Of a stretch of DNA of 64,000 nt, positions 53,023 through 64,000 are shown one piece after another (position 1 is the stretch's first letter; each line of letters opens with the position of its first letter). The DNA comes from an uncultured Verrucomicrobiae bacterium (GTDB lineage: Bacteria; Verrucomicrobiota; Verrucomicrobiia; Limisphaerales; JAFGQR01). Below the pieces are notes generated by a model that had not been told where the DNA came from, searched no databases, and saw only the letters and a program-made list of their open reading frames with translations. A program made the translations under genes and the position numbers. The stretch lies in NCBI GenBank assembly GCA_963788655.1, contig CAWBHS010000027.1, positions 41,645 through 105,644 on the forward strand, in the 5' to 3' direction.

Positions 53023-55377
53023 CTAATCTACTTTCGAGAGCACGAAAACCCGCGAGGCAAATGGGGGAATAATGCCAGAAAGCGTCAATTCGGCCTGTTC
53101 TCCGGTCAGCAGGTCGGTCGCTGCTTGGCCCCGCATGTCCTCGGGAATCTCGTACTGAAAACGCTTTTTCTCGGAGGCGTTGATGACGACGAAATAGGGG
53201 CCGTAGCGCAGCGTGTTCAGCCCCAGCGCTCCGCCTTGGGTGTCCACACAGATGGCCGTGACCAACCGGTTGATGGTGGGCGTCGTATACTCGAGACGAA
53301 CCACGCCGTTCGCTGTGCCTTTCGCCCAATCCCGGCCAAACCGGCTTTCCCAGTTCAGCGACGCGAACAGTCTCGCGTCCCCATGCCGCAAGGCGACGAG
53401 GCCCAGGTATTCATCCACCAACGCACTGTCTTCTCCCCGTTCGTCCGGCAACCGGTAATCCGTGGTTGGCAGGCTGGAGGCGCCGTCATCCTGGGCGTCA
53501 TTGGCCTTGGCCACCGCCAGCATGACCCGATCCCACAGGCCGCCCACCGATCTGAAGTTAAGACTCTCCAGTTTGTCCTGGGCGCGGCCATGTTCTTCCC
53601 GAAGCTCGAAATAGCGGATCGCAGCCGGTATCCGAAGCTCCTTGGCGGCATATTTCGAGAGAAAGTAACGTTCAAGCCCAGGAAAACCCCTCATGATGCG
53701 CGCACTGATCCATTCCGTATTGCGGAGTGTCCGGTAGCCCTCCGAATCATTGTCCAGGTAAACGAAGTGCGCGTATGACTCGAAAGCGGTCCGTGCCTTC
53801 TGCTCGATCTGGGGATAGCGCGTCAACTCCGCCACCTTGACCAACTGCAGCCCACCTTTGCCGTAGTTGGCGTCGTATCCGTCCTCCAGCGGCATTCCAT
53901 CCGGCGAATAGGAATAGGTGTCCCAGATGGGATTCCGGCGAATGCCCACGGCGATTTCAGCCAGCTCCTCCATCTGCCGGGCATGCGGCTTCGCCCACCG
54001 CGGATCGATGATCTTGATGACCTGGTAAACCGAGTTCAGAGCCAGAACATTGTGGATCATCTGATTGGCAATCGAACACTTCGCAACCTGCTTGGAATAA
54101 AGATCAAAACTGCGGCGCGCCATCCGGGTGTAGGCTTCGCGTCGGCTGACTTCGGGCGTGCTTGCATCCAGATCGTCATCGATGGATGCTTCCAAAAATC
54201 CCCCCTGGTCGAGATCCGGCAGCACCATCCTGAAACCATCCCAGAAGAATCGTTGTCCGACTTCAAGGCCAGGACTGAAGTTACTGCGATTGGGACCTCC
54301 CAGCCAAGTCGGCCAATTCACATCTTTGCCCGGCAGCGGACGCCCCATGAAGCCACCGCTATTGCCCTGGGCGCGACTGTAGAAATCAAATGCCGCAACA
54401 ATCCGTTCCAGCATTTCCCTATCCTGGTGGTAATCGGACCATTCCGCACAATAGGCGTGCGCAAACACCTCGATGAATCGCAAAGCAAGCATCTGGGAAT
54501 CGCCCTGACGAATATAGTGACCGCCCCAGCGTTTGATATCCTCCTTCAATACTTCATGGTCTTCCGTATAGGGGCCGCTCGGCGTGAACGAACCACGGCC
54601 CCGTCCCAAAAGGGCTCCCTTGGCCCACGACGGGACATTCTTCGCTTTCGCTGCTTCCCACCGCTCTCCGAACATTTGAAACTGCTTGGCTTTGCGAAAG
54701 CCGGCGTTGGCCTGCGCCTTCCAATGCTCGAAGCGATCCTTGGCCGACACCGTTTTCCCTTCCCGCGGCGGCCCCAGTTCGAACGGCTGGCCCTGAATCT
54801 CTCCGGCCGGCGGCTCAAAATAAGGCTCAAGATGCGTGTAGGCGCCATACACGTCGAGTCCGGGCGCGCGCCCTTTGTATAGAAGTCGAAGACGCACGGT
54901 GAATATCGCACGGGTCATCTTGAGCGGGATGGGATGGGTGGCGTAATAGAAACGACCGGGAAAGGCTCTCGCTTCCGTTTGTCGGACGATTTCACCCTTG
55001 CGGGGATGGTGGCTCGGTTTCAGCGGACCGTCCTGCCGTGCAATCGCGTCAAAGGGAGCATCGCCATGTTCAGGGTCGTGCAACACCAGTGAGCTTCCCG
55101 CGGAGCCGGAACTTCCCCAGACCTTCACCGTAAGATAATTCTGCTTCTTCGGATGACAGCCGAGTTCGAAATCGACGTGCTGATCATCGTCGGTAAAGCG
55201 AATAAACGGCTCCGCCAGGCCGAGTTCCTTACCGTCACTCGGGTTCAGATCGCTAAAACTACACTGACCCAGGATCGAGGATTCAGCTAAAGCGAGTTTT
55301 GGCGCGATCCAGAATGTGAACAGGGCCGCGGCCAAAACCGAAGCGCGCATTTTCCATTGGGCGGAGCGGGATTTCAT
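53023..55377 (-). CDS. Large secreted hypothetical protein (possible carbohydrate-active/lyase-like)
   Basis: Intact ~785-aa ORF with a signal peptide (ASVLAAALFTFWIAPKLALA); no family recognised with confidence. Confidence 0.75.
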   Translation of the reverse strand: MKSRSAQWKMRASVLAAALFTFWIAPKLALAESSILGQCSFSDLNPSDGKELGLAEPFIRFTDDDQHVDFELGCHPKKQNYLTVKVWGSSGSAGSSLVLHDPEHGDAPFDAIARQDGPLKPSHHPRKGEIVRQTEARAFPGRFYYATHPIPLKMTRAIFTVRLRLLYKGRAPGLDVYGAYTHLEPYFEPPAGEIQGQPFELGPPREGKTVSAKDRFEHWKAQANAGFRKAKQFQMFGERWEAAKAKNVPSWAKGALLGRGRGSFTPSGPYTEDHEVLKEDIKRWGGHYIRQGDSQMLALRFIEVFAHAYCAEWSDYHQDREMLERIVAAFDFYSRAQGNSGGFMGRPLPGKDVNWPTWLGGPNRSNFSPGLEVGQRFFWDGFRMVLPDLDQGGFLEASIDDDLDASTPEVSRREAYTRMARRSFDLYSKQVAKCSIANQMIHNVLALNSVYQVIKIIDPRWAKPHARQMEELAEIAVGIRRNPIWDTYSYSPDGMPLEDGYDANYGKGGLQLVKVAELTRYPQIEQKARTAFESYAHFVYLDNDSEGYRTLRNTEWISARIMRGFPGLERYFLSKYAAKELRIPAAIRYFELREEHGRAQDKLESLNFRSVGGLWDRVMLAVAKANDAQDDGASSLPTTDYRLPDERGEDSALVDEYLGLVALRHGDARLFASLNWESRFGRDWAKGTANGVVRLEYTTPTINRLVTAICVDTQGGALGLNTLRYGPYFVVINASEKKRFQYEIPEDMRGQAATDLLTGEQAELTLSGIIPPFASRVFVLSKVD

Positions 55378-55411
55378 CGGTCTGTTAAGTATCGATCCGA
55401 GGGGAACGCGC

Positions 55412-55585
55412 TCACCAGGAGTTGGCGGGACTGATATCCCACGCATCCAGCGACCGCACGTTCACGCTGCCACCGCGCGCGACGAGCGCGACGCCCAGAC
55501 TGTCGGCGCGCGACGGGTAGATGCCCACGGGCAGGATGAGGATTGCCGAAAGCAGCAAGAGCGTTGGAACGAGGTGGCGTTTCAT
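55412..55585 (-). pseudogene. Signal peptide fused to the extreme C-terminus of a GH32-like enzyme (internal deletion remnant)
   Basis: Translated by hand: [57 protein letters not shown]. Confidence 0.55.
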
Positions 55586-55937
55586 GATGTGCCGCCTACG
55601 GTGCAGGATGGCGAACTCCGCGTCGAGGATTTAAGATCCCAGCCCCGGTCGGCCACCTGGGACTTGGTGCTTACGAACCCATCCGGCTCGGCTGCTGATC
55701 CTTCCTGCGTGCAGCGGCGCATTGCCGGAGCCGAAACCTATATTCTCTCTGGCCAGGAGAAATACGCGAATGTGCTGAAATGAAAAGGAATGTCTGGAAC
55801 ACCAGTCCGCTGGTTAACATCATCGGCGATGTGCCCAGCGAAACTCGGATGCCGCCAGTGGGTGGTTCGTCGATTCAAATTCCGAAAAACGGCAACTGGG
55901 CGTGGCCGATCCAGCGCAGTTCTGATAGAGAACCAAC

Positions 55938-56843
55938 ATGAAAAGTTCAACACGTTGCACGATGAGCCTAAACTCAAAGTCACGACCATGGCTGCCGTCG
56001 GTTCTTTACAACGGCATCAGTGTCAGCGAAACGGCCCGCAAGACGTTTCTGCTCCGCAATGAATTTGATCATGTGGATAACCCGATCATGGACCGTGGCT
56101 CGCAAACGCTGCTTCAGGGCAACAAGCTGAGTGGCCCAAAAAAGGGAAATAGCGAGCCACCCGCGTTGGCCGACGGACGCAACGAACGCAGCCTGCCCGC
56201 GTGGCGGCCAAAAGGCTGGACGCCTGATCCATCGGCGCAATTACCACCCCTATTCCATGACGTGCTGGCTCTGAAAGTTTTGGTTTCGCAACCCGTGTAT
56301 TGCTACGCGCACGACAGCCAGAGCGAAGCGGGCCAGGCCGAGTGCGCCTCCAACCTGAAGAACCTGTTCGACCTCATCAAGGGGTACGACGCCAAGCACG
56401 GCCACCTGCCCAAGGCCGCGTTTTTCCCAGAGCAGCCCTTGACGAGCCCCGACAGCCTGTGCGCGCTTTTGATCGGCTTCCTCGCCTCCACCGGGGCAGA
56501 GAGTCGGGGTGAGGGGGCAACGGAAATCACCGGCCAGAAAAAGGCGGCACTGTTCACCTGCCCAACCTGCAGCCCGGACCTGCAGGCTTTCGGTTTGAAC
56601 TATGTCTGGAACCAACAGCTCAATGGCGAACGGCTCGCCGACATCGAAGATCCTGCAAACACCTGGCTGCTGATGGACTTCGTGGGCGCGCACGATTGGA
56701 TGGTCAACAACGGGTATTGCGGCCACCGGCGCGGGGTGGACATCCTCTACGCCGACGGCACTGTGAAATGGAGCCGTCCCTTTTCGACCGAGGCCTGGAA
56801 CCAAGATGCCCCCCAGGGATGGTTGAAGTGGGCCCTGGAGTGA
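55938..56843 (+). CDS. H-X9-DG domain protein lacking a prepilin leader (probable 5'-truncated or chimeric gene)
   Basis: CASNLKNL, LFTCP, NYVWN, HRRGVDILYADGTV. Confidence 0.65.
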   Translation: MKSSTRCTMSLNSKSRPWLPSVLYNGISVSETARKTFLLRNEFDHVDNPIMDRGSQTLLQGNKLSGPKKGNSEPPALADGRNERSLPAWRPKGWTPDPSAQLPPLFHDVLALKVLVSQPVYCYAHDSQSEAGQAECASNLKNLFDLIKGYDAKHGHLPKAAFFPEQPLTSPDSLCALLIGFLASTGAESRGEGATEITGQKKAALFTCPTCSPDLQAFGLNYVWNQQLNGERLADIEDPANTWLLMDFVGAHDWMVNNGYCGHRRGVDILYADGTVKWSRPFSTEAWNQDAPQGWLKWALE

Positions 56844-56890
56844 ATTGATAAAGTTTTCGGAATGCATTGCTCGAATAGCCAGAGACATTT

Positions 56891-58303
56891 ATGAACGCCA
56901 ATCGTAACAATTTCCGAAAGCCGAGGCTGTCCCATCCGCTTTACTTGCTTGCCGTCGCCGTCACATTCGCCGTGCCGCTTCTCGCCAAGGCCGAGCCCAT
57001 CCAACTGAAAGTGGACTTCTCGAAGCCGGATGGCCACTGGAACATGCCGGCGCTGGCGCTGGGCCAGGGCGGTCTGCAAAGCGACCCGATGATCAAACCG
57101 CACATCAAGGAGATTCGCCAACTTCGGCCCCGGACGATCCGGCTGTTTTTGAGCGAATACTACCGAATCTATCCCGACCATGACACCTACGACTGGACCC
57201 GGCTCGACCGCGAGTTGCGGACCGTCCGCGCCACGGGGGCGCGTCCGGCTTTGGCGCTGGCGATGAAACCGCCCGTGCTCTATCCCAAGGTGGACCACTT
57301 CATTGTGCATCCGAACAACTACGACGAGTGGGAACGGTTGTGCGAAGCTTTGGCGCGGCACTGCCGGGAAGCCGGATTTGAAGTCGCGGTCTGGGAGGTC
57401 TGCAACGAACCGGACATTGGCGAAGGGGGCGGCACGCCGCACTATTTCAAGAGCGCGGAGGACTACAACCGGTTCTACACGCACACCGTCAATGGCGTGC
57501 TCCGGGGCGATCCGAATGCCAAAGTGGGCGGGCCGACGGTGGCCAATGCGGACAGCTTCCTGGTTGAAGGGCTCATTGGTCATTGCGCCACCAATCATGT
57601 GCCGCTCGATGTTCTGTCCTGGCATCTTTACTCAGATTCGCCCGCAGCGCATGCCGGCAACATCGCCAAGCAACGCGCCCGGCTGGCCAAGTTTCCGCAA
57701 CTGAAGGACGTCAAGCTCTTCATCTCGGAGTGGAACATGGACCTGATGCGGCCCAATCTGGCGCCGGGATTCCAGCCCTGCTTCGTGCTCGAGACGATGC
57801 GTCGCTTCGCCGAGGAGGGACTCGACATGGCGGCTTACTATCACATTCGCGATTGCTTTGTAGATCCGGCCGACTTTGACTGGATGTCGCCGGGCGGACG
57901 GCGGTTCATGGCCCATTGGTGGAACACCATGCCGCAATATAGCGCCCTCTTCGATCATCACGGACGGGTGCGTCCGGCCTATTATGTGTTCCGGTTTCTC
58001 GGGCAGCTCGATGGATCGCGCTTTACGGTGGACGGAGAGCGCGATGGCATCCGGGCCATCGCGGGTGATGGCAACGGCTACAAGCATCTCATTGTTTGGC
58101 GCTATGGTGAAGGGGGTGATGAAGAAGTTGAAGTGCGGCTGCAGATTTCAGAAGTTCCGGGACGAAACAGTCGCATCGCGCGGCTCGATCCAGTCGCACC
58201 CGTCAACAACATCCAGGTGATCCACTTTGGCCGGTCGGATGAGCTGAGAAAAGTCCGATTAAAACTGAAAGCGTGGGATGTCCGGTGGATTGAGATTGAA
58301 TGA
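56891..58303 (+). CDS. Secreted glycoside hydrolase, GH39-like
   Basis: Signal peptide; YDWTRLD, WEVCNEPD (acid/base), KVGGP, LDVLSWHLY, FISEWN (nucleophile). Confidence 0.85.
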   Translation: MNANRNNFRKPRLSHPLYLLAVAVTFAVPLLAKAEPIQLKVDFSKPDGHWNMPALALGQGGLQSDPMIKPHIKEIRQLRPRTIRLFLSEYYRIYPDHDTYDWTRLDRELRTVRATGARPALALAMKPPVLYPKVDHFIVHPNNYDEWERLCEALARHCREAGFEVAVWEVCNEPDIGEGGGTPHYFKSAEDYNRFYTHTVNGVLRGDPNAKVGGPTVANADSFLVEGLIGHCATNHVPLDVLSWHLYSDSPAAHAGNIAKQRARLAKFPQLKDVKLFISEWNMDLMRPNLAPGFQPCFVLETMRRFAEEGLDMAAYYHIRDCFVDPADFDWMSPGGRRFMAHWWNTMPQYSALFDHHGRVRPAYYVFRFLGQLDGSRFTVDGERDGIRAIAGDGNGYKHLIVWRYGEGGDEEVEVRLQISEVPGRNSRIARLDPVAPVNNIQVIHFGRSDELRKVRLKLKAWDVRWIEIE

Positions 58304-60377
58304 AACCAAAAACTCTAATGTGGAAAACGTGTCGGCTCGGGAAAACCGCGGCAACGTTATGGGTTTGCCTCGCCATTCAGCATGGCCTGGCATCGGCAGC
58401 TCCGTCGGACGAAGTCAGAAGATTGGCCGAGGAAGTCAAAGATCAGGGCTGGATCGCCTACGGGGCCCGGTCAGAAAAGGGTGATTGGGACTTGTTCCTT
58501 TGCCGCCCCGATGGATCGGGCATTCGGCCATTAACGCAGACCCCGGAGTTTAACGAGTTTTCGCCGCAGTATTCGCGGGATGGCCGCAAGCTGCTTTATC
58601 GACGACTCCCGCGCAGTGAAACCATTGACAACAATCATCATGGCACTCAAGGCGAGTTGGTGCTGGCCCGAAGTGACGGCAAGGAACCCGTGGTATGCTG
58701 GGCAAGCCGGGAGAGTATCCGTGGGCCAGTTGGAATCCCGACGCCACGCAAATCGCCTGCCTGTCGATCAAGGGCATCACGCCTGATCGATGTGGCCAGC
58801 CGGAAAGTCGTGCGGTCATTTCCGCGGAAAGGCTTCTTTCAGCAGTTGGTCTGGTCGCCCGACGGGCAATGGCTGGCGGGAGTGGCCAACTCGTTTGGCG
58901 CCAGTTGGAGCATTGCCCGGATGAGCGTGGCGACGGTGAAGCCAGCGCCGTGAATCGCGTGGACTGTTGCACGCCGGATTGGTTTCCGGATTCCGAACGC
59001 ATCATTTTTTCCTGGCGCCCGCCCGGCCAAAAAGCCAACCAAGGTTACGGATGGACACAGTTGTGGATGGCGGATGCCGACAGGCGAAACCCGGCAACTG
59101 GTTTATGGCGAGGACGGTCGGCATGTGTATGGCGGACATGATTTCCCCAGACGGCCGGTATGTGCTCTTCACCGGAAACATGCAGGAGGATGGCGATCCG
59201 GGAAACGCCGGAGCGCCCATGGGCCTGATGCGGTTGAGCGATGCGCCGATCATTGGTGGCGAGAGCCGGGAATTGCGCCGCATTGCATCCGCAAGGTGAA
59301 CGACGGCCCGGTGCTTGATCTTGCCAGCGGGCTGGGAACCGTGCTGGACCTTCAGCGAGATGCCGGACAGCAGGCGATCGCGTCCGCTCGGTCCGATCCG
59401 GGACCGATCCGGCGATATCCGGCTGCCGGCACTCAGAACGCCGCCGAATTGCACGACCACGGCTGGCTGGTCTTCAGCGCCAAGACCGCAGCGCGGCGAC
59501 TGGGATCTTGTTCCTCATGCGGCCGGATGGCTCGGACTCGCCGCAAGGTGACGCGACACGCCTGAGTTCAACGAAGCTGGGCGCGCGCTTTTCGCCGGAA
59601 GGAACGCGACTTGCTCTACTACCGCATGCCGCAGGAACGAGACCGTGGATAACAACACCTATGGCACCTTCGAATTGGTTCTCGCCAAGGCGGACGGCAC
59701 GGAATCCGGTGGATTTGGACGGAATACTTCCCTGGGCCCCTGGGGCCCGGACGGAAAGCGAATGGCCTGCCTCGAACCGAAGGGAATTCAAATCGTTGAC
59801 CTGGCGACGCAGATCGATCGTCCGCCAATGCCACGCAAGGGAATCGTGCAGCCAATTGGTGTGGTCGCCGGACGGCAAACGGTTCGTCGGCACCGCCAAT
59901 GGACTGGGGCCGTACTGGAACATCGGCTGCCTGGATCTTGGCTTGGGCGAGATCCGGGCGGTGAGCGAAACGGACCGCTACAACTGCACCCCGGACTGGA
60001 CGCCCGATTCGCAGCACGTGGTATATGCGCGGGGCATCATTCCGGAAAAGGGCGGGCGAGGCGGAACTGTGGGTGGCCTCGGCTGATGGACACAAGAGAA
60101 GCGCCTGCTTTATGCCGAGACCGGACGCCACATCTACGGCGCCTGCGCCTCGCCGGATGGCCAAGTACGTGCTGTTTACCCGCAGCGTCGAGGATCTCGG
60201 CAGGGTGGACAAATCACGGGCACCACCATGTCCATCATCCGTTGGGCGGATGCGCCCATGGTCGGCGATGAAGTGCAGACGCTGCGCCGAGGTTGCCCAA
60301 TGCCAGCCGGCGGTCCCCGCCTGGACTTGGGCCAGGGCTGGGAACCGCATTGGACCGCGAAGGAGATCGCGAAATGA
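58300..60377 (+). CDS. Secreted tandem TolB-like (PD40) beta-propeller protein (many frameshifts)
   Basis: GDWDLFL.RPDGS, QLVWSPDG, CTPDW and GWEP.WT each occur twice. Confidence 0.7.
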
Positions 60378-60852
60378 AACCCATTCAGAGCCCTGTTCCT
60401 GCTCATGGGTGTGGTCGGAACTTACTTGTTGTGTTCCTGCGGGGATCATTCTTCGAACCGCAGTCGCAACGCCTGATCCGCACTTGGCCACCAACGGCAC
60501 CGTCGAAGTCACCGCGCGACTGGTGAGGTGCCGGAAGGCGCCATCTTCAAACGCGACCTTTACAATTACGCGACCATCCTCAAGTACCAGGTGCTTAAGG
60601 TTCATCGCGGCGAAGTGGACGCGCAAGACCATCTTTGTGGGCCACTACAACCCGTGGAAATCCGCGGAGCGAAGCGGCAGACAAGCGGGTCAAGGGCATT
60701 GGCGGCAATTGAAACGGTTTGAGGCCGGGCAGGTTCATCATCTGGCGTTGGAAGTGCCGATCGACGATTTCTACATGGGCGGCATCGTGAACAAGTATTT
60801 CGGGCAGGACACCGGCCCGCTGTATTGGGCGGTGTGGACGGACGCGGAATGA
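60374..60852 (+). CDS. Hypothetical exported protein (frameshifted)
   Basis: Pieces GTVEVTARL, PEGAIFKRDLYNYATILKYQVLKVHRG and IFVGHYNPWK..YWAVWTD; the ATG overlaps the upstream stop. Confidence 0.55.
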
Positions 60853-60855
60853 CGA

Positions 60856-62303
60856 ATGGTCTTCACCACGCACATCTTTGTCTTCTATTTTCTGCCGCGG
60901 TGCTGGCGGTCTATTACGCGGTGCCGGCGGTGATCGACGCGCCTGGGGGGAATGGCTGAGACCCAGTCGCGGGCCCGCAATTTCTGGCTGCTCCTGATGA
61001 GCTACGTGTTCTACGGGTGGTGGAATCCCTGGTTCATCCTGCTGATGCTCTTTGTCTCCGTGGCAAATTATGTCGCAGGTCAATTCATCAGCCGACCCGG
61101 CGCCACGCTCGCGCAGCGTCGGTTCTGGCTGATCCTGGCCCTCGTGGTCAGCCTGGGCACGCTGGTGTTCTTCAAGTATTTCATGTTCTTCCAGACCAAT
61201 CTGAACCAGGCGTTGGGTTGGTTCGGCGGCGAGGGCGTCACGCTGCTTGCACATCCTCCTGCCGGTGGGCATCTCGTTCTACACGTTCCAGGCAGTCAGT
61301 TACAGCGTGGATGTCTATCGCGGCGACGCTCCACCGGCGCGATCCTTGATGGACTTCGCCTGTTACATCGCGTTGTTCCCGCAACTGATCGCCGGTCCCA
61401 TCATCCGTTATCACACGATGGCCAGCCAACTGGTCGAACCGGTCGCACACCTGGGAGCGGTTCGCCTCCGGGGCCGCGCTGTTTGTGCTGGGGTTTTCCA
61501 AGAAAATCCTGCTGGCCAATCCGATCGGGGGAATCGCCGACGCCGCGTTCGCGGCCGGAATCCCTGACCGCGCTGGACGCCTGGTTCGGCGTGACGGCCT
61601 ATGCCTTCCAGATCTACTTCGACTTCTCGGGCTACTCGGACATGGCGGTGGGACTGGGGCGCATGCTTGGCTTCGAGTTTATCAAGAATTTCAACGCCCC
61701 CTATCGCGCCGAGAGCATCACGGACTTCTGGCGTCGCTGGCACATTTCGTTGAGCACGTTCTTGCGCGATTACCTCTACATTCCCCTGGGCGGCAACCGC
61801 CGGGGAACGCGGCGGACCTATGTGAACCTGACCATCGTCATGCTGCTGGGCGGGTTGTGGCACGGCGCCAACTGGACGTTCATTGTCTGGGGCGCCTATC
61901 ACGGTCTGCTGCTGGCCTTGGAACGCTGGCTGGGCAAGCAGAGCCTTTATCATCGCCTGCCGCAGCCCATGCGCATCGGGATGACGTTCGTGCTGGTGCT
62001 GTTTTCCTGGGTGCTGTTCCGCGCCGAAACCCTGGGCGATGCCGTGCGGTATTTCGGAATGATGTTCGGCGCGGGCGAACTGAACGTCGGCATCCGCTCT
62101 TGATCGCCGCCCAGCTGTACACCCGGGGCAACCTGATCCTGATGGCGCTGGCTGCCTGGCTGGCCGTCATCCCGCTGCAAGCCCACGATTGGAGCGAGCG
62201 GATCACCTGGCCCAAGGCGCTGGCGGTGGGGCCGGCCTTTGCCGTCGCGCTGATGGCCATGTTCGCGCAGGCGTTCAATCCGTTCCTCTATTTCCAGTTT
62301 TGA
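60856..62303 (+). CDS. algI: MBOAT O-acyltransferase, AlgI-like (frameshifted)
   Basis: [70 protein letters not shown]. Confidence 0.9.
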
Positions 62304-62314
62304 ACCGCGATGCC

Positions 62315-63479
62315 ATGAACCACCGCGAGCCCACATCTTTTCACCACGTTGACTCTTCGCCGGTATTGTTCTGAGTGCCGGTGGCATTCAGCTTGTGGTG
62401 GAGTTGCGCACGAGGAGAAAGACCGCAACGTGCTGGAACTGTTCACGCGAACGCCCACCGTTGCCCATCTGCGGGCATACGAACAAAACCTGGAGGACGA
62501 CGAGTTGGCTGGCCAGGCACCTGCGTCCCTGGATGCAGTATGCTCAATATGTTCGTGCTCAAGGATGCCGGGGAAAAAGCGCTGCGGGGCCCCAACGGAT
62601 GGTTCTTCTACAAGCCGGGCGTCGAATACCTTACTCAACGCCAGGCCCGTTCAAACGACTGCGGAAGATCCCGTGGCGGCCATTTGTGATTTCCGTGATC
62701 AACTGGCGCGCGCGCGGCATTCACCTGCTCGTCGTGCCCGCGCCCAACAAGGAGAGCGTGTATCCGGAACAATTGTCGCGACGCGCGCCGCACAACTTCC
62801 CGTGGCGCTTTGTGAACAAACCCAATCGCTCTTGCAGCGATCTGAAAGCCGCCGACGTTGAAGTCGTGAATCTGTTCGAGCTGTACGCCGAGCGACAAAT
62901 CAGCTGCTTCCAACACCGTCCCGAGTCGCCTTGTATTTGACGCAGGACAGTCATTGGTCGCCGGCCGGATTGGAGCTGCGCGGCCCAAGCCATCGCCCAA
63001 CGCATCTCGTCCAGCGAGGATTGGATCCAACCGGGCCGGACGGCGTACCAGACCGACGCCGCTCCAACTGCAGCGTCTCGGTGATGTCGTCCGCATGCTG
63101 AACGTGCCGCGCATTGAGAGAACACCTGCGACCGGAACGGGCCCACTGTGTGCAAGTCGTCAGTGCCGAACCAACCAACTCCTATCAAGACGATCCCCAG
63201 TCGGAGGTTCTCGTGCTCGGCGACAGTTTCCTGCGGATCTTCCAGCAGGATGAACCGGGCGCCGCCGGATTCATTGCGCATCTGGCCCGGCAGCTTGGAC
63301 AACCGGTGGCCTCGATCGTCAATGACGGCGGCGCCTCAACACTGGTGCGTCAGGAGCTTTATCGGCGGCCCGACACTGCTCGAGAACAAGAAAGTCGTCA
63401 TCTGGGAATTTGTGGAACGCGACATCCGCTTCGGCACGGAAGGCTGGCAGATAGTGCCCTTGCCAGGCATGGAAACTAA
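62315..63479 (+). CDS. AlgJ/AlgX-like SGNH O-acetyltransferase (frameshifted)
   Basis: GPNGWFFY, LLVVPAPNKESVYPEQL, QDSHWSP, VLVLGDSFL, VVIWEFVERD in successive frames. Confidence 0.8.
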
Positions 63480-64000
63480 CCAGCTTCAGACCGCTTCGAG
63501 AAGAACAACCAACCTCGTCCTCCCGTTACGCCCATGTGGGCCCACAGCCACACTTTGCGTCAGTCTGGCCAGCCTTTCGCTTTTCCTCTTCGAACGGCCA
63601 TTGGATACCGTGGCACTTGAGGAGCCACTTACTCAATCCGTGAAGCCTGTTGCCTCTGCTTCCCTTCCGACTCCACAGACCCGCTTGCGTCTTTCCTGGG
63701 GCCACCAGTCCGCGTTGGTAGCCGGCCGTTTCATCTCGCATTCGCGGCCAGCAACGTTGTGGTGAACCCGGTGCGCCCTGTGGACTTCGAACCGGGTAAC
63801 GTGATTCAAATCAGGTTTGTGCTTCACGCGCTGCAGCCGGCGACGTGGATGCGCTGATCTGGAGCTTTCCTGGAGTCAGCCACGGGAAAGACCGCGCAAA
63901 GTGCATTCCATTGGCAATACCTGCTCGATCACGGCTCAGTCGGACAGGTCGCCCGGCTGAAGGACGATCCCGGTTTGCAGCCCGATGCGCCGGTGCTGAC
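63469..64000 (+). CDS. Possible 5' part of a further exported protein (partial, frameshifted)
   Basis: ATG at 63469 overlaps the AlgJ end; hydrophobic stretch, RLRLSWGH, AAAGDVDAL. Confidence 0.3.

Noticed and set aside
58300..60377. Internal duplication as a DGR template/variable repeat pair
   Set aside because: The similarity is an old protein-level domain duplication rather than adenine-specific variation, and no RT is present.

Overview
GC-rich bacterial chromosomal segment. Gene content and repeat families suggest Verrucomicrobiota, probably subdivision 3 (inference). The left part (1-31 kb) is mostly housekeeping: rsmA, NUDIX, nusA-infB-rbfA-DHH-truB-ribF, hpnI-like GT, a GspE ATPase, lpxD, panD, a CysJ-like reductase, a rhomboid, a nucleotide-sugar/capsule precursor cluster and a dicarboxylate symporter. 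The right part is accessory: an ECF sigma locus with two large secreted FG-GAP proteins and a FecR-TPR-barrel receptor, decayed carbohydrate-enzyme genes, a GH39 and an AlgI/AlgJ-type O-acetylation cluster. Many single-base frameshifts, including in ribF and truB and increasing towards the right end, look like long-read assembly errors. Three highlights: (1) a stand-alone bacterial STING-domain gene with no TIR/TM effector and no CD-NTase nearby (1886-2485); (2) an IS-like element without terminal inverted repeats, bounded by TTAG at both ends with a terminal hairpin, encoding a ~515-aa non-DDE protein with Rep_trans-like motifs and a C-terminal wHTH (51360-53004); (3) an ORF-less group II intron (~38170-38972). 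No rRNA, tRNA or CRISPR array was recognised. All family assignments come from motif recognition by eye, not from database searches.
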